Notes: generated from the letters alone by a model not told the origin. A stretch of 64,000 nt of DNA from Thermoanaerobaculia bacterium (GCA_963816185.1 CAWFJJ010000028.1:32001-96000); one strand, 5' to 3'. Positions 49,600-62,104 are shown, counted from the first letter of the stretch. Program-made: numbers and translations.

Positions 49600-51402
49600 A
49601 TGACGCCAAGGACGCTCGTCGACATCTTCCGCAACCTGGCGGACACGCCGAAGCCGGATCTGCTTCTCTACAAGCAGGGCGGGAAGTGGATTCCCATCAG
49701 CACGGCCGAGTTCATGGACCGCGTCAAGGCCCTCTCGTCGGCGCTCGAAGGCCTCGGCGTGAAGCCGGGCGGCCGGGTGGCTCTTCTCTCGGAGAACCGG
49801 CCCGAGTGGGCGATCGTCGACTTCGCTTGCCAGTGCTACGGCGCCGTGCTCGTGCCGATCTTCCCCACGATGGTCGCCGAGCAGGCCGCGTACCTCCTCA
49901 AGGACTCCGGAGCGACCGTGGCGTTCGCGTCGACGCCCGGCCAGGCGGCGAAGATCCTCGGCGCGCAACAGGCGTCTCCCGAAGTGAAGCAGACGTTGAA
50001 GCACGTGATCGTCTTCGAGACCTCCCCACAGCCCGGCACGACCCCGTACGCCGACGTCGTCGAGAAAGGCCGGGGCGCGTACGCGGCCGACCCGTCCGCG
50101 TTCGAGAAACGCGCCGACGCGCGCCAGCCCTCCGACCTCGCGACGCTCATCTACACCTCGGGCACCACGGGCGAGCCGAAAGGCGCGATGCTCACGCAGA
50201 GCAACTTCGTCTCGAACGTCATCGCGGGCTGCTCGGTCCTGCCGTTCGACTCCTCGGCGGTCGCGCTGTCGTTCCTCCCGCTCGCGCACGTCTTCGAGCG
50301 AATGCTCGAGTACTGCTATTACAACCGCGCCGCGACCATCGCGTTCGCGGAGTCCATCGACAAGCTGCGCGACAACCTCTCGGAGGTGAACCCGCACCTT
50401 TTCGGCGCCGTCCCCCGCGTCTACGAGAAGGTCTACGGACGCGTGCAGGAGAACCTCTCGAAGTCCTCGCCCGCCAAGCGGAAGATCTTCGAGAAGGCAG
50501 TCGAGGTCGGCAAGAAGGCTACGGAGCTGCGTGCACGGAAGAAGACGCCGGACTTCGCGCTCGCACTCCAGCTCTTCATCTACGAGCGCCTCGTCTACCG
50601 CAAGGTGCGCGCGGCCCTCGGAACGCGCTTCCGGTTCGCCGTGTCAGGCGGTGCGCCGCTGGCCCGCGAGCTGGCCGAGTTCTTCTGGGCGGTCGGCGTC
50701 GAGGTCTACGAGGGATACGGCCTCACGGAGACGAGCCCGGTCATCGCCGTGAATTGTCCGTCGGCGTGGCGGCTCGGGGCCGTCGGCAAGATCCTGCCCG
50801 GCGTCGAGTGCCGCATCGCGCCGGACGGGGAGATCCTGACGCGCGGCCCGCACATCATGAAGGGCTATTTCGGGAAGCCGAAGGAGACCGCCGACGCGAT
50901 CGACGCGGACGGCTGGTTCCACACGGGCGACATCGGCCGGATCGACGAGGACGGCTTCCTCATGATCACGGACCGGAAGAAGGAGATCCTCGTCAACTCG
51001 AACGGCAAGAACGTCGCCCCCGCGCCGATCGAGGGATTCCTCAAGGGCCATCCCTTCGTCTCGCTCCCGGTCCTCATCGGCGACCGCCGGAAATACCTGT
51101 CGTGTCTCTTCGTGCCGAACTTCGACAAGCTCGCGAGCTGGGCGAAGGAAAACGGCCTCGGGAGCCTCCCCATGGAGGACCTCGTGGCAGAGCCGCGGGT
51201 CGTCGCCATCTTCCAGAGCGCGATCGACGAGTGGAACGCGGGCAAGCCGCACGAAATGCTCATCAACCGGTTCGTGATCCTGCCCCGCGACCTCACGATC
51301 GAGAGCGGCGAGCTGACGCCGACGCTCAAGGTGAAGCGCCGCATCGTGGACCAGCACTTCAAGCACCTGATCGACGGGATGTACGAGGGAACGGCGGCCT
51401 GA
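49600..51402 (+). CDS. long-chain fatty-acid--CoA ligase (AMP-binding)
   Basis: [40 protein letters not shown]. Confidence 0.93.
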   Translation: MTPRTLVDIFRNLADTPKPDLLLYKQGGKWIPISTAEFMDRVKALSSALEGLGVKPGGRVALLSENRPEWAIVDFACQCYGAVLVPIFPTMVAEQAAYLLKDSGATVAFASTPGQAAKILGAQQASPEVKQTLKHVIVFETSPQPGTTPYADVVEKGRGAYAADPSAFEKRADARQPSDLATLIYTSGTTGEPKGAMLTQSNFVSNVIAGCSVLPFDSSAVALSFLPLAHVFERMLEYCYYNRAATIAFAESIDKLRDNLSEVNPHLFGAVPRVYEKVYGRVQENLSKSSPAKRKIFEKAVEVGKKATELRARKKTPDFALALQLFIYERLVYRKVRAALGTRFRFAVSGGAPLARELAEFFWAVGVEVYEGYGLTETSPVIAVNCPSAWRLGAVGKILPGVECRIAPDGEILTRGPHIMKGYFGKPKETADAIDADGWFHTGDIGRIDEDGFLMITDRKKEILVNSNGKNVAPAPIEGFLKGHPFVSLPVLIGDRRKYLSCLFVPNFDKLASWAKENGLGSLPMEDLVAEPRVVAIFQSAIDEWNAGKPHEMLINRFVILPRDLTIESGELTPTLKVKRRIVDQHFKHLIDGMYEGTAA

Positions 51403-51431
51403 GCTCTCTCGGACGGGTGGATCACGAGCGC

Positions 51432-52388
51432 ATGCGCGTCGTCGTCGCTCTCGGGGGAAACGCCTTGCTCCGCAGGGGCGAGGCGATGACGGTCGAGCGG
51501 CAGCGCGCGAACGTGCGCCGGGCCGCCGAGGCGCTCGCCCCGGTCGCGCGGGATCATGAGCTCGTCATCTCGCACGGGAACGGCCCGCAGGTGGGTCTTC
51601 TCGCTCTCCAGGCCGAGTCGGGGCTCGACGCCGCGCACTTCCCGCTCGACGTTCTCGGAGCCCAGACGGAGGGAATGATCGGCTACATGATCGAGCAGGA
51701 GCTCGGAAACCTCCTGCCGTTCGAGAAGCCCTTCGCGACGCTCTTGACGATGGTGGAGGTCGATCCCGCCGATCCCGCTTTCGCGAAGCCCGATAAGCCG
51801 ATCGGTCCCGTCTACGCGGAAGAGGACGCGCGACGCCTCGGGAAGGAGCGCGGCTGGTCGGTCGCGCGAGACGGCAACGGGTGGCGTCGCGTCGTCGCAT
51901 CGCCCCTGCCGAAGCGAATCTTCGAGATCCGTCCCGTGAAATGGCTTCTCGAAAAAGGCACGATCGTGATTTGCGGGGGAGGAGGCGGGATCCCGACCAT
52001 CTACGGCGAGCACGGAAAGCTGCAGGGCGTCGAGGCCGTGATCGACAAGGACCGTGCGGCGGCGCTCCTCGCGCAGCAGCTCGAGGCCGACTTCTTCATC
52101 ATGGCGACGGACGTTCCGGCCGTCCTCGTCGGCTGGGGGACGCCGGACGCACGCGCCATACGCCGCGCCTCGCCCGCCGCGCTCTCACGCTTCGACTTCG
52201 CCTCCGGCTCGATGGGGCCGAAGGTGGAGGCGGCCAAGGACTTCGCCGAGCGGACCGGGAGGACCGCCGCCATCGGCGCCCTTGAGGACATCCCGCACAT
52301 CCTCGGCGGCGAGGCAGGCACGCTCGTCTCCAACGACGTCGCCACGATCGAGTGGGCTCCGTCGCAGGAGACGCTCTTCCAGGAATGA
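51432..52388 (+). CDS. arcC: carbamate kinase
   Basis: [43 protein letters not shown]. Confidence 0.95.
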   Translation: MRVVVALGGNALLRRGEAMTVERQRANVRRAAEALAPVARDHELVISHGNGPQVGLLALQAESGLDAAHFPLDVLGAQTEGMIGYMIEQELGNLLPFEKPFATLLTMVEVDPADPAFAKPDKPIGPVYAEEDARRLGKERGWSVARDGNGWRRVVASPLPKRIFEIRPVKWLLEKGTIVICGGGGGIPTIYGEHGKLQGVEAVIDKDRAAALLAQQLEADFFIMATDVPAVLVGWGTPDARAIRRASPAALSRFDFASGSMGPKVEAAKDFAERTGRTAAIGALEDIPHILGGEAGTLVSNDVATIEWAPSQETLFQE

Positions 52389-52411
52389 CTTCCGAGGTCA
52401 ACGGGCCTCGT

Positions 52412-54760
52412 TCACGCCTGCCAGCGCCAGTCCCTCACCTCGGGCATGTCCTCGCCGGTCCGGCGCACCCATTTGCCGTGATCCTCGCGCTTCGCGACGA
52501 GGCGCTCGCGCACCGCGGCCGCTCTCCCGCGAAGGCCCGGGACACGGTCGATGACGTCCATCGCGAGCCGGAACCGGTCGAGGTCGTTCAGGACGCACAT
52601 GTCGAAGGGCGTCGTCGTCGTACCCTCCTCCTTGTAGCCCCGTACGTGCAGGTTGTCGTGGTTCCGGCGCCGGTACGTGAGTTCGTGGATCAGCGACGGA
52701 TAGCCGTGAAACGCGAAGAGGATCGGGCGGTCCGTCGTGAAGAGGCGGTCGAAGTCAGCGTCGGAGAGACCGTGCGGGTGCTCGGAGGGGGGCTGGAGGC
52801 GCATGAGGTCCACGACGTTCACGAACCGGATGCGCAGGTCGGGCACCTCACGCCTGAGAATCGACACGGCCGCGAGCGCTTCGAGCGTAGGGACGTCGCC
52901 CGCCGCCGCGACGACGACGTCCGGCAGGCCGTCGTGGCTCGCCCATTCCCAGACGCCGATGCCCGCCGCCGCGTGCCGGGCCGCGGCCTCCATGTCCAGC
53001 CACTGGGGCGCGGGCTGCTTGCCGGCGACGACGACGTTGACGTATTGGCGGCTCCGAAGGCAGTGGTCGGTCACGGAGAGGAGCGTGTTCGCGTCGGGCG
53101 GGAGGTAGATGCGGATGACCTCGGCCTTCTTGTTCGCGACGTGGTCGAGGAACCCCGGGTCCTGGTGCGAGAAGCCGTTGTGGTCCTGGCGCCAGACGTG
53201 CGACGACAGCAGGATGTTGAGCGAGGCGATCGGCTTCCGCCACGGAATGCGGTTCGTCGTCTTCAGCCACTTCGCGTGCTGATTGAACATCGAATCCACG
53301 ATGTGGATGAACGCCTCGTAGCAGGAGAAGAAGCCATGGCGGCCGGTGAGGAGGTAGCCCTCGAGCCAGCCCTCGCATTGGTGCTCGGAGAGCATCTCGA
53401 GGACTCGCCCGTCGGGCCCGACGTGGTCGTCGGTCGGCAGGAGCTCTGCGAGCGACAGGCGATCGGTCACGTCGAAGACGGAGTCCCACCGGTTCGACGT
53501 CGTCTCGTCGGGCGAGAAGACCCGGAAGTTGCGCGCGCTCGCGTTTCGCGCGAAGACCTCCTCGAGGAATCGGCCCTGCACGCGCGTCGCCTCCGCGTCG
53601 GACGCGCCCGGCTTCGGGACGTCCACCGCGAACGCGCGGAAGTCGGGGAGCGCGAGATCGACGAGGAGAGCTCCGCCGTTCGCATGCGGATTTGCCCCCA
53701 TCCGCTTTTCTCCCTTCGGCGCGAGCGCGAAGAGCTCCTGCCGGAGGCGGCCTCCCTCGTCGAAGAGGTCTCGGGGCCGATAGCTCCGCATCCAGTCCTC
53801 GAGGAGCCGCAGGTGCTCGGGGTTCTCGCGGACCCTGTCGAGAGGCACCTGGTGCGCCCGCCACGTCCCCTCGACGGGCTTGCCGTCCACGATCTTCGGG
53901 CCCGTCCATCCCTTCGGCGAGGCAAGTACGATCATCGGCCAGCGCGGCCGGCCGGCTTTCCCCGACGCGCGCGCACGCGTCTGGACATCCCGGACGGAGT
54001 CGAGCGCCCGGTCGAGTGTGTCCGCCATGAGCCGGTGCATCGTCCGCGGGTCTGCGCCTTCGACGAAGAGGGGGTCCCAGCCATAGCCGCGCATCAGGTC
54101 CGCGAGCTCGCCGCGGGGGATCCGCGCGAGGACGGTCGGGCCCGCGATCTTGTAGCCGTTCAGGTGGAGGATGGGAAGAACCGCGCCGTCGCGCACGGGG
54201 TTCAGGAACTTGTTCGAGTGCCAGCTCGTCGCGAGAGGGCCCGTCTCCGCCTCGCCGTCGCCGACGACGCAGGCGACGAGGAGCCCGGGGTTGTCGAACG
54301 CGGCGCCGAATGCGTGCGAAAGGGAATATCCCAGCTCGCCGCCTTCGTGGATGGAGCCGGGCGTCTCGGGTGCCACGTGGCTCGGCACGCCACCGGGGAA
54401 CGAGAATTGCCTGAAGAGGCGGCGCATTCCCTCCTCGTCTTGAGAAACGCGCGGGTAGACCTCGCTGTACGTCCCCTCGAGGTACGTATTCGCGACGAGC
54501 CCGGGCCCGCCGTGGCCGGGGCCCGTCACGTAGAGCACCGAGAGGTCGCGCTCGACGATCGCGCGGTTGAGGTGGACGTAGACGAAGTTCAGGCCCGGCG
54601 TCGTGCCCCAGTGTCCGAGGAGCCGCCGCTTGACGTGGTCGAGGGCGAGGGGCGACTTCAGGAGCGGGTTGTCCATGAGATAGATCTGGCCGACGGACAG
54701 GTAGTTCGCGGCGCGCCAGTACGCGTCCATCTTCGAGAGGAGATCTTCAGGCGGGCTCAT
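52412..54760 (-). CDS. xfp: xylulose-5-P/fructose-6-P phosphoketolase
   Basis: [56 protein letters not shown]. Confidence 0.96.
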   Translation of the reverse strand: MSPPEDLLSKMDAYWRAANYLSVGQIYLMDNPLLKSPLALDHVKRRLLGHWGTTPGLNFVYVHLNRAIVERDLSVLYVTGPGHGGPGLVANTYLEGTYSEVYPRVSQDEEGMRRLFRQFSFPGGVPSHVAPETPGSIHEGGELGYSLSHAFGAAFDNPGLLVACVVGDGEAETGPLATSWHSNKFLNPVRDGAVLPILHLNGYKIAGPTVLARIPRGELADLMRGYGWDPLFVEGADPRTMHRLMADTLDRALDSVRDVQTRARASGKAGRPRWPMIVLASPKGWTGPKIVDGKPVEGTWRAHQVPLDRVRENPEHLRLLEDWMRSYRPRDLFDEGGRLRQELFALAPKGEKRMGANPHANGGALLVDLALPDFRAFAVDVPKPGASDAEATRVQGRFLEEVFARNASARNFRVFSPDETTSNRWDSVFDVTDRLSLAELLPTDDHVGPDGRVLEMLSEHQCEGWLEGYLLTGRHGFFSCYEAFIHIVDSMFNQHAKWLKTTNRIPWRKPIASLNILLSSHVWRQDHNGFSHQDPGFLDHVANKKAEVIRIYLPPDANTLLSVTDHCLRSRQYVNVVVAGKQPAPQWLDMEAAARHAAAGIGVWEWASHDGLPDVVVAAAGDVPTLEALAAVSILRREVPDLRIRFVNVVDLMRLQPPSEHPHGLSDADFDRLFTTDRPILFAFHGYPSLIHELTYRRRNHDNLHVRGYKEEGTTTTPFDMCVLNDLDRFRLAMDVIDRVPGLRGRAAAVRERLVAKREDHGKWVRRTGEDMPEVRDWRWQA

Positions 54761-55860
54761 GAGGCGGGATTCTCCTTGTGAAGCACGGCGAGCGTGTGGC
54801 GTGCGATGACGTCTTCCTCGTCCGTGGGGATGACGAACGTCTTGACGCGCGCCCCCGGCGCGGTGATTCGAATGTCGTTCCGGCGGTTCGCTCCCTCCTC
54901 GAGGGCCACGCCGAGGAAGGAGAGGCCGTCCGCGATTCTCCGTCGCATCTCCGGCTGGTTTTCCCCGATCCCCGCCGTGAAGACGAGGCCGTCCAGACCT
55001 CCGAGGGCGGCTGCCATCGCGGCGGCCTGCTTGACGGCCGTGTAGACGAAAAGGTCGACGGCGAGCCGGGCGGACGGCGTTCCGGCGGCGAGAATCTCGC
55101 GCAGGTCGGCGCTCGTCTCCGAGAGCGCGAGCAGGCCCGACTCCTTCCAGAGAAGGCGTGCGATCCGCTCCCTGTCCCAGCCGCGGTCGAGGAGCCAGAG
55201 GACGACGCCGGCGTCGAGGGAGCCGGGGCGCGTCGACATGACGAGACCGTCGAGCGCCGTGAACGTCATCGTGGAGTCCACGCTTCTCCCGTTCCGGAGG
55301 GCGCAGAGACTCGCGCCGAAGCCGAGGTGGGCGGCGACGACGCGCCCCTTCGCGACTTCGGGATCGATTTCTGAGAGGCGGCTCGCGATGTACTCGTACG
55401 ACAGGCCGTGAAATCCGTAGCGGCGGACGCCGGCCTCGCGGAGCGCCCGCGGCAGGGCCACGATGTCGGCGACGTCCGGGTGGCCGCGGTGGAACGACGT
55501 GTCGAAGCAGGCCACGTGAAGCGCCGACGGATACCGGGTGCGGGCGGTGCGGAAGGCGCCGAGGCTCAGGGGCTGGTGAAGCGGGTCGAGGGCGACGAGT
55601 CCTTCGAGCGCCTCGAGGACGCTCTCGTCGACCGTTGTGGGCCCGACGAAATCCGCGCCGCCGTGGACGATCCGGTGGCCGACGGCGGACGGACTTCCGC
55701 CCTCGAGATGTCGCTCGAGGAGCCTTGCGACGGGGTCGAGGTCATTGCCGTCGACTTTGCCTCTCACGAGAGCGATCAACGTGTCGTCGTCATCGGCCCG
55801 GTACGCGGCGTACTTCAGCGTCGAGGAGCCGGCGTTCAGGACGAGCAGGGAGGCGTCCAC
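54757..55860 (-). CDS. ackA: acetate kinase
   Basis: [46 protein letters not shown]. Confidence 0.95.
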   Translation of the reverse strand: MDASLLVLNAGSSTLKYAAYRADDDDTLIALVRGKVDGNDLDPVARLLERHLEGGSPSAVGHRIVHGGADFVGPTTVDESVLEALEGLVALDPLHQPLSLGAFRTARTRYPSALHVACFDTSFHRGHPDVADIVALPRALREAGVRRYGFHGLSYEYIASRLSEIDPEVAKGRVVAAHLGFGASLCALRNGRSVDSTMTFTALDGLVMSTRPGSLDAGVVLWLLDRGWDRERIARLLWKESGLLALSETSADLREILAAGTPSARLAVDLFVYTAVKQAAAMAAALGGLDGLVFTAGIGENQPEMRRRIADGLSFLGVALEEGANRRNDIRITAPGARVKTFVIPTDEEDVIARHTLAVLHKENPAS

Positions 55861-55887
55861 GGCACCGTCACAGTGCGGGACGCGCGG

Positions 55888-57570
55888 TCAGCGCTCCCGC
55901 CCGGCGGGAACGGGCTCGGCGGCCCCGAGAAGCGCCCGGGCCTCTTCGAGCGGCGCGTCGTCCCGGATCGAATCGAGGGGGAAGCGGGCGAAGCGCACGG
56001 CGGCGTGCCGGAAAGGGTGCCCGTCGGGCAGGCGCGAGGCCTCCGCGACGAGGAGCGCGGCCTCGAGGGCGTGGCCCACCGTCAGGGCGAACCGCCGCGC
56101 GCCGGCCTCGAGCACCGTCGTGTCCGGGACGCGGGAGAGCCAGGCCGCGGCATGCCGAACGGCCTCCGAGGCGCTCCGGGCCGCCGAACCGAGCAGTCCC
56201 GCGGCTCCCGCGACGCACCGCGAGACCTCGTGCTCGACGGGAGCGAGGCCTCCGACCTTCGTGAGCGCCCGGAGGAGGTCGAGGGCGAGGACGTTCGTCG
56301 TCCCCTCCCAGAGCGGCAGGACCTGAGCGTCTCTGAGGAGCCGCGGAAGGCCCGTGTCCTCGACGTATCCGGCCCCGCCGAAGGCCTCGAGGGCCTCGCT
56401 CGCGACGACGATGGCCTGCTTTCCCGTCGTCAGCTTTGCGATCGGCGTCAGGATCCGAAGGAGCGCGGCCTCTCCCTCGGAGAGGGCATCGTTCTCCTCC
56501 CGCCCGAGGAGCTCGACGACCCGGAATGTGAGGAGGAACGCCCCGGCGTAGAGCGCCTCGAGATCCGCGAGGGTCTCTCGGTGGAGCGGCTTTTCGGAGA
56601 GCGGCGCTCCGAAGGCGACCCGCTTCGCCGCATAGTCGCGGGCGAGGTCGAGGGCCCTTCTCATCCCGGAAACCGCGGCAACCGCGTTCCACGTCCGCGT
56701 CATGTTCAGCATCGTCGTGATGTTCTTGACGCCGTTCGAGAGACCTTTCACGGGGACCGCCCGGGCCCCGACGACGTCGAGCTCCGCGGTCGGCAGCATC
56801 CGCGTCCCGAGCTTGTCCTTCAGCCGGTGGATGACGAGGCCGTTCGGGTCGCCCGCCTCGTCGCGAGTCTCGAGATAGAAGAGAGCGAGGCCTTTCCCGC
56901 CCGGCGGATTCCCCTCGGGACGGGCCAGCGTCATGGCCATCTCCGCCGTCGTCGCCGACGTGAACCACTTGGTTCCGTAAAGCCGCCAGGTGTCGCCTTC
57001 GAGCCGGGCCACGGTTTCGCTCGCGGCCACGTCGGAGCCCCCGATCCGCTCGGTCATCCACTGGCCCGAGGTCCAGGCGCGGGCGGGATCGCGCGCGGTC
57101 AGGCGCGGCAGCACCCGGGCGGCGAGGTCGGCGTTGCCGGAGACGAAGAGGGTCCTCGCCGCGCCGTCGGTCATCGCGAGCGGGCAGGAGGTGACGCCGG
57201 AAGAGGGTTCGAAGATGTGGACGAGCGCAAACTGGTGGAGGCGTGAGAAGCGGCCGTGCCGCCGTTCGTAGGGAAGGGCGACGAGGCCCTTCTCGGCCGA
57301 GATCCGGAGGGTCTCCTTCCAGAGGCGCGTCAGCTCGATCCGGTCGACTCGGCGTCCCCACGGGTCCCACGAGGTCAGGACGGGGACCGACGCCTCATCC
57401 TCCCGGAGAAGCTGGTGGAGCGGCCCGCCCGAGAGAGCCCCCATCTCCCGGAGAGACGGCTCGATGTCCCGAAAGACCTCGGCCGGGAGGTGGTTCTCGA
57501 GGAAGGTGCGGAGGACGACGTCGCTCTCGTACGTGTTGCCGAGCGCCGGGGGAGCCTGGATGAAGGACAT
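55888..57570 (-). CDS. acyl-CoA dehydrogenase, AidB-like
   Basis: [46 protein letters not shown]. Confidence 0.9.
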   Translation of the reverse strand: MSFIQAPPALGNTYESDVVLRTFLENHLPAEVFRDIEPSLREMGALSGGPLHQLLREDEASVPVLTSWDPWGRRVDRIELTRLWKETLRISAEKGLVALPYERRHGRFSRLHQFALVHIFEPSSGVTSCPLAMTDGAARTLFVSGNADLAARVLPRLTARDPARAWTSGQWMTERIGGSDVAASETVARLEGDTWRLYGTKWFTSATTAEMAMTLARPEGNPPGGKGLALFYLETRDEAGDPNGLVIHRLKDKLGTRMLPTAELDVVGARAVPVKGLSNGVKNITTMLNMTRTWNAVAAVSGMRRALDLARDYAAKRVAFGAPLSEKPLHRETLADLEALYAGAFLLTFRVVELLGREENDALSEGEAALLRILTPIAKLTTGKQAIVVASEALEAFGGAGYVEDTGLPRLLRDAQVLPLWEGTTNVLALDLLRALTKVGGLAPVEHEVSRCVAGAAGLLGSAARSASEAVRHAAAWLSRVPDTTVLEAGARRFALTVGHALEAALLVAEASRLPDGHPFRHAAVRFARFPLDSIRDDAPLEEARALLGAAEPVPAGRER

Positions 57571-57711
57571 GGTGCCTCTACGTTATCCCACTTGCCTCGG
57601 CATTCGTGATCCCGGGAGACGCGCTCCCTGTCATTTGCATCAGGGAGTTGCCCTACGGAACGTGGCACGATCAATCTGGCGGGAACCGAGTTCCCGGCAG
57701 CGGGGGCAATT

Positions 57712-58839
57712 GTGTCGAGAGGCTGGCGAGCGCTGTTCCTTGCCTTTCTGACGGCGGGGCTTCTGACGGCCTGCAAAGAGAGAGGCACGCCCGGGGGCGC
57801 CAACAAGAAGGCCGCGCGAAGCCTGGCGGTCCGCACCGCGCCCGTCGTGGCGCGTGACGTCGTCTACAAGGTCCAGGCCCTGGGTTCCCTCGAGCCCGAG
57901 GAGTCGGTGCAGATCACGGCCCAGGTGAATGGCGCCGTCAACGAAGTGCTCTTTCACGCCGGGGACACGGTCACGGCGGACACCGTTCTGGCGAGGATCG
58001 ATCCCGACCGATATCGCCTCGAGGCCGAGCGCGCGGAGGCCACGCACCGCAAGTCCGTCGCGGACTGGAAGCGGGCCGAATCGGACCTCGCGCGGCGAGA
58101 GGCGCTTGCGCGCGAGAACCTTGTGGCCGAGGAGGAGCTGAACCGCGCGCGCAAGGAGACGGAACGCCTGGCAGCCGACGCGGCCTCGGCCAAGGCGTCG
58201 GCGGAGATCGCGGTCCAGAATGTCAAGCATTCCATCGTGCGCTCGCCGCGCGCCGGAGAGCTCAACACGCGCACGGTCGAGCCCGGGCAGTTCGTCCAGG
58301 TCGGGCACGTCCTGGCGACACTCGTCGACCTTCGGCGGTTGCGCCTTCGCTTTCGCGTCTCGGAGTCCGAGTCTCTGAAGACCCGTGAAGGCGGGGCGGT
58401 CGCCTTCACGGTCGCGTCCCTCGGCCCGACCGCGTTCAAGGCCCGGGTCTACCACGTCAGCGGAATCGCCGATCCCGCCACGCGCCAGGTCGAGGTCCTC
58501 GCCTGGGTGGACAACCCCGGCGTGCTCAAGCCGGGATTCTTCGCCGAGGTGGCCCTGTCCACCGCGACGAACAGGAACGCCGTCGTCGTCGCGGAGGGGG
58601 CCGTGCAGGCGACCGAGCGCGGCTTCGTCGTCTACGTCGTGGAGAACGGGATCGCGAAGGAGAGGACGGTGAAGATCGGCATGCGGACCGGGGACGGGTC
58701 CGTCGAAATCCTGTCCGGCCTGACGATCGGCGAGACCATCGTCGTCGAAGGCTCGGATCGTCTCGCTGACGGCATGCCGGTGGAGGCCGTGGCGGAAGCC
58801 GGAGAGCAGCCGTCTCCCTCGAAGGAGGCGGCACGGTGA
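57712..58839 (+). CDS. RND efflux membrane-fusion lipoprotein
   Basis: LTAC lipobox, helical hairpin, LKPGFF, GLTIGETIVVEG. Confidence 0.92.
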   Translation: MSRGWRALFLAFLTAGLLTACKERGTPGGANKKAARSLAVRTAPVVARDVVYKVQALGSLEPEESVQITAQVNGAVNEVLFHAGDTVTADTVLARIDPDRYRLEAERAEATHRKSVADWKRAESDLARREALARENLVAEEELNRARKETERLAADAASAKASAEIAVQNVKHSIVRSPRAGELNTRTVEPGQFVQVGHVLATLVDLRRLRLRFRVSESESLKTREGGAVAFTVASLGPTAFKARVYHVSGIADPATRQVEVLAWVDNPGVLKPGFFAEVALSTATNRNAVVVAEGAVQATERGFVVYVVENGIAKERTVKIGMRTGDGSVEILSGLTIGETIVVEGSDRLADGMPVEAVAEAGEQPSPSKEAAR

Positions 58840-61800
58840 AGGCCCCGGGGAACGGCTCGGAGGCTCGGGAGGACCCCGCCGCCATCGCGACCGGGATGAC
58901 CCTGGCCGACATTTCCATCCGCAACCACGTCTTCGCGTGGATCCTCATGGTGGCGCTGATCGGATTCGGCGTCCTCTGCTACACGGGCTTCGGAAGCGTC
59001 TTCCGCGGACTGGGCGTCAGCCAGAACCCTGACGTCGACTTTCCGATCGTGACGGTCTCGATCACCTGGGAGGGAGCGTCGCCCGAGATCATGGAGACGG
59101 ACGTCGTCGACGTGCTCGAGGACGCCTGCTCGACCGTCGAGGGGGTCCAGCAGATGTCGTCGACGGCCCGCCAGGGTGGGGCGAGCCTCACGCTCGAGTT
59201 CGACCTCGGGCGGAACATCGACGCCGCGCTCCAGGACGTCCAGACGAAGGTTTCGGAGGCCGCCCGCCACCTCCCCCGCGAGATCGATCCGCCGACAATC
59301 TCCAAGACGAATCCCGAGGACCAGCCGATCATCCGGCTCGCCCTGTTCGGCGACCGGCCGCCGACGTTTCTCGCCGACTACGTCAGGAACGTCGTCCGGC
59401 CGCAGCTCCAGATGATCCCGGGGATCGGCGAGATCCACGTCTTCGGATTCCGCGACCGGAACGTCCGCGTCTGGTACGACGCCTCGCGCCTCGAGGCGCA
59501 GGGCCTCACCGTGCTCGACGTCAACCGCGCGATCCTGCGCGAGCACCAGGAGGTCCCGGCCGGTCGCATCGAGGGCAAGGAGCGTGAGATGAACGTCCGC
59601 GCTCAGGGCGAGGCGATCGACCTCTCGTCGTTCGGCAACCTCGTCGTGACGTACGTGAACGGCGCCCCGGTGCGCCTGAAGGACGTCGCGGTGGTCGAGG
59701 ACGGCCTCGAGGACCGCCGGCGGCTCAACCGCGCGATGGGCGAGTCGTCGATCGGCTTCGGCATCACGAAGATGCGGGGCGCCAACGCCGTCCAGGTCGG
59801 CCGGGACGTCAAAGAGAAGATCGAGTCCATGCGGTCCCAGCTGCCGCAGGGCCTGCGGCTCGAGGTCAACTGGGACACCACCGTCTTCATCGAGCGCTCG
59901 ATCAACGAGATCCTCCTCACGCTCGTCCTGGCGGCGCTCCTGACGGGCCTCGTCTGCTGGCTCTTCCTCGGGTCGTGGTCGACGACCGTCAACGTCCTCC
60001 TCGCGATCCCGACCTCGATCCTGGGGACCTTCATCGTCATCTACGTCTTCGGCTTCACCCTGAACACCTACACCGTGCTCGGCCTGACTCTCGTCGTCGG
60101 CATCGTCGTGGACGACGCGATCATGGTGCTCGAGAACATCTACCGGCACCGCGAGATGGGAGAAGGGAAGGTCAGGGCCGCGTCGTCCGGCGCGCGCGAG
60201 ATCACGTTCGCGGCGGCGGCCACGACGCTCGCCATCGTCTCGATCTTCCTCCCAGTCGCCTTCATGAAGGGGATCATCGGGAAATTCTTCTTCCAGTTCG
60301 GCGTCACGATCTCGGTCGCCGTCGTCCTCTCCCTGCTCGAGGCGCTCACCCTCGCACCGATGCGCTGCTCGCGGTTCCTCCAGGTCGAGCATCGGGGCCG
60401 CCTCGGCCTGACGATGGACAGTCTCTTCCGGAGGCTCTCCGCGCTCTACCTGCGATCGCTCGGCCCGGCCCTGCGCCACCGGACCTGGCTGCTGCTGGGC
60501 AGCCTCGCCTTCTTTCTCCTGTCGCTCGTCTCGGTCGGCTTCCTGCGCCAGGAGTTCATCCCGAGCCAGGACATGAGCCGCTTCACGATCCGGTTCCAGA
60601 CGCCGGTCGGGACGAGTCTCGACGCGACCGACCGTTACTTCCGGCAGATCGAGTCGTTCCTGATGTCGCGCCCCGAGGTCACGCTCTTCGCCGGAAGCGT
60701 CGGCGGCACCGACGTCAATTTCGGGCAGGCCTACGTCAACATGAAGGCTCCGCGCGAGAGGCCCGTCGACGAAAAGCTCGGGCGGCGGCTGACCCAGCTC
60801 GAGTTCATGGACGTCGTCCGCCGGCATGTCGCCACGATCCCCGGCGGCCGGATCGTGCTCCAGGACATCTCGCAGACCGGATTCAGCGCCTCGCGCGGTG
60901 GAGGCTTTCCGGTCGAGTTCAACGTGCGGGGCCGCGACTGGAACGTGCTTGCGGCCTCCGCCCGAAAGATCGCCGAAGAGATGCGGCAATCGGGCCTTAT
61001 CACCGATGTCGATACCGACTATCAGGTGGGAATGCCCGAGGCCCAGGTCGTGCCCGACCGCGACCGCGCCGCCGATCTCGGTGTGAGCATGGCGTCCATC
61101 GGCGAGACCGTGAACGCCGCAATCGGCGGCGTCCGCGTCGCGAAGTTCAAGGACAAGGGGCGGCGCTTCGACATCCGCGGCCGGCTGCTGCAGGACCAGC
61201 GTCAGCGCCCCGAGGACATCGGACGCCTGCTCGTGAGGACGACGAGCGGCGAGGTCGTCCGGCTCGGCCAGCTGATCCGGATCGCGCAGGAGCCGACTTT
61301 GCAGGCCATCACGCGCCGCGACCGCGAGCGCGCGATCTCGATCTACGCGAACGTCGCGACCGGGGCGTCGCAGGCCGTGGCCGTCGAGCGTTCATTGGCC
61401 ATCGCGCGCTCGATACTCCCAGACGGTTACCGTGCCGTGCCGGCGGGGAGCACGAAGGCCTTTCGGGAGTCGTTCGATTCGCTGTGGTTCGCCTTCGCGC
61501 TCGGCATTCTGATCGCCTACATGGTCCTGGCTTCGCAGTTCAACTCCTTCTGGCACCCCCTCATCGTGCTGCTCGCGTTACCCTTCTCCATTAGCGGAGC
61601 GCTCTTCGCGCTGTGGCTCGGAGGCCAGAGCCTGAACGTCTACAGCCTGCTCGGGTTGATCCTGTTGGTCGGCATCGCGAAGAAGAACTCGATCATGCTG
61701 GTCGACTTCACGAACCAGGTTCGCCGCCGGGGCGTTCCGTGCCGGGACGCCCTGCTAGAGGCCTGCCCGATCCGGCTGCGCCCGATCCTCATGACGTCGA

Positions 61801-62003
61801 TCGCCATGATCGTCGGCGCTCTCCCGCCGGCGCTGGCCATCGGCGCCGGTGCAGAGCTTCAGCGGCCCATGGCTCTCGCGCTCGTCGGCGGCATGGCCCT
61901 TTCGACGCTGCTCACTCTTTATGTCGTGCCGGCCGCCTACAGCGCGGTGAACGACGCGTTGGAGTGGAAAGGGGTGCGGGGCTTCGCTGACAGCCGACCG
62001 TAA
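58836..62003 (+). CDS. RND efflux permease (AcrB/MdtC-like; start may be 58896)
   Basis: PDVDFP, GIVVDDAIMVLENI, GIAKKNSIML, RLRPILMT. Confidence 0.94.
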   Translation: MKAPGNGSEAREDPAAIATGMTLADISIRNHVFAWILMVALIGFGVLCYTGFGSVFRGLGVSQNPDVDFPIVTVSITWEGASPEIMETDVVDVLEDACSTVEGVQQMSSTARQGGASLTLEFDLGRNIDAALQDVQTKVSEAARHLPREIDPPTISKTNPEDQPIIRLALFGDRPPTFLADYVRNVVRPQLQMIPGIGEIHVFGFRDRNVRVWYDASRLEAQGLTVLDVNRAILREHQEVPAGRIEGKEREMNVRAQGEAIDLSSFGNLVVTYVNGAPVRLKDVAVVEDGLEDRRRLNRAMGESSIGFGITKMRGANAVQVGRDVKEKIESMRSQLPQGLRLEVNWDTTVFIERSINEILLTLVLAALLTGLVCWLFLGSWSTTVNVLLAIPTSILGTFIVIYVFGFTLNTYTVLGLTLVVGIVVDDAIMVLENIYRHREMGEGKVRAASSGAREITFAAAATTLAIVSIFLPVAFMKGIIGKFFFQFGVTISVAVVLSLLEALTLAPMRCSRFLQVEHRGRLGLTMDSLFRRLSALYLRSLGPALRHRTWLLLGSLAFFLLSLVSVGFLRQEFIPSQDMSRFTIRFQTPVGTSLDATDRYFRQIESFLMSRPEVTLFAGSVGGTDVNFGQAYVNMKAPRERPVDEKLGRRLTQLEFMDVVRRHVATIPGGRIVLQDISQTGFSASRGGGFPVEFNVRGRDWNVLAASARKIAEEMRQSGLITDVDTDYQVGMPEAQVVPDRDRAADLGVSMASIGETVNAAIGGVRVAKFKDKGRRFDIRGRLLQDQRQRPEDIGRLLVRTTSGEVVRLGQLIRIAQEPTLQAITRRDRERAISIYANVATGASQAVAVERSLAIARSILPDGYRAVPAGSTKAFRESFDSLWFAFALGILIAYMVLASQFNSFWHPLIVLLALPFSISGALFALWLGGQSLNVYSLLGLILLVGIAKKNSIMLVDFTNQVRRRGVPCRDALLEACPIRLRPILMTSIAMIVGALPPALAIGAGAELQRPMALALVGGMALSTLLTLYVVPAAYSAVNDALEWKGVRGFADSRP

Positions 62004-62055
62004 CCCCTTCCGAGCGAGGACCCCTGCGCCGTACGAGCCTGCCGTTTGAGCTCGC

Positions 62056-62104
62056 TTGACACGGGCGTGGGCGCGGCCTAGGCTACTGAGTGATGGCTCA
62101 TTCA
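62056..62104 (+). promoter_or_regulatory. sigma70 promoter plus FadR(YsiA)-type operator over the TetR start
   Basis: TTGACA 62056, 17 bp, TAGGCT 62079; TGAGTGATGGCTCATTCA 62087-62104. Confidence 0.72.

Noticed and set aside
49686-51431. Long N-terminal extension on carbamate kinase (900-aa ORF)
   Set aside because: It is off-frame overlap with the acyl-CoA ligase; ArcC homology starts at ATG 51432.
57663-57680. Sigma54 promoter (TGGCACG)
   Set aside because: The -12 TTGC/GC element is missing at the required spacing.
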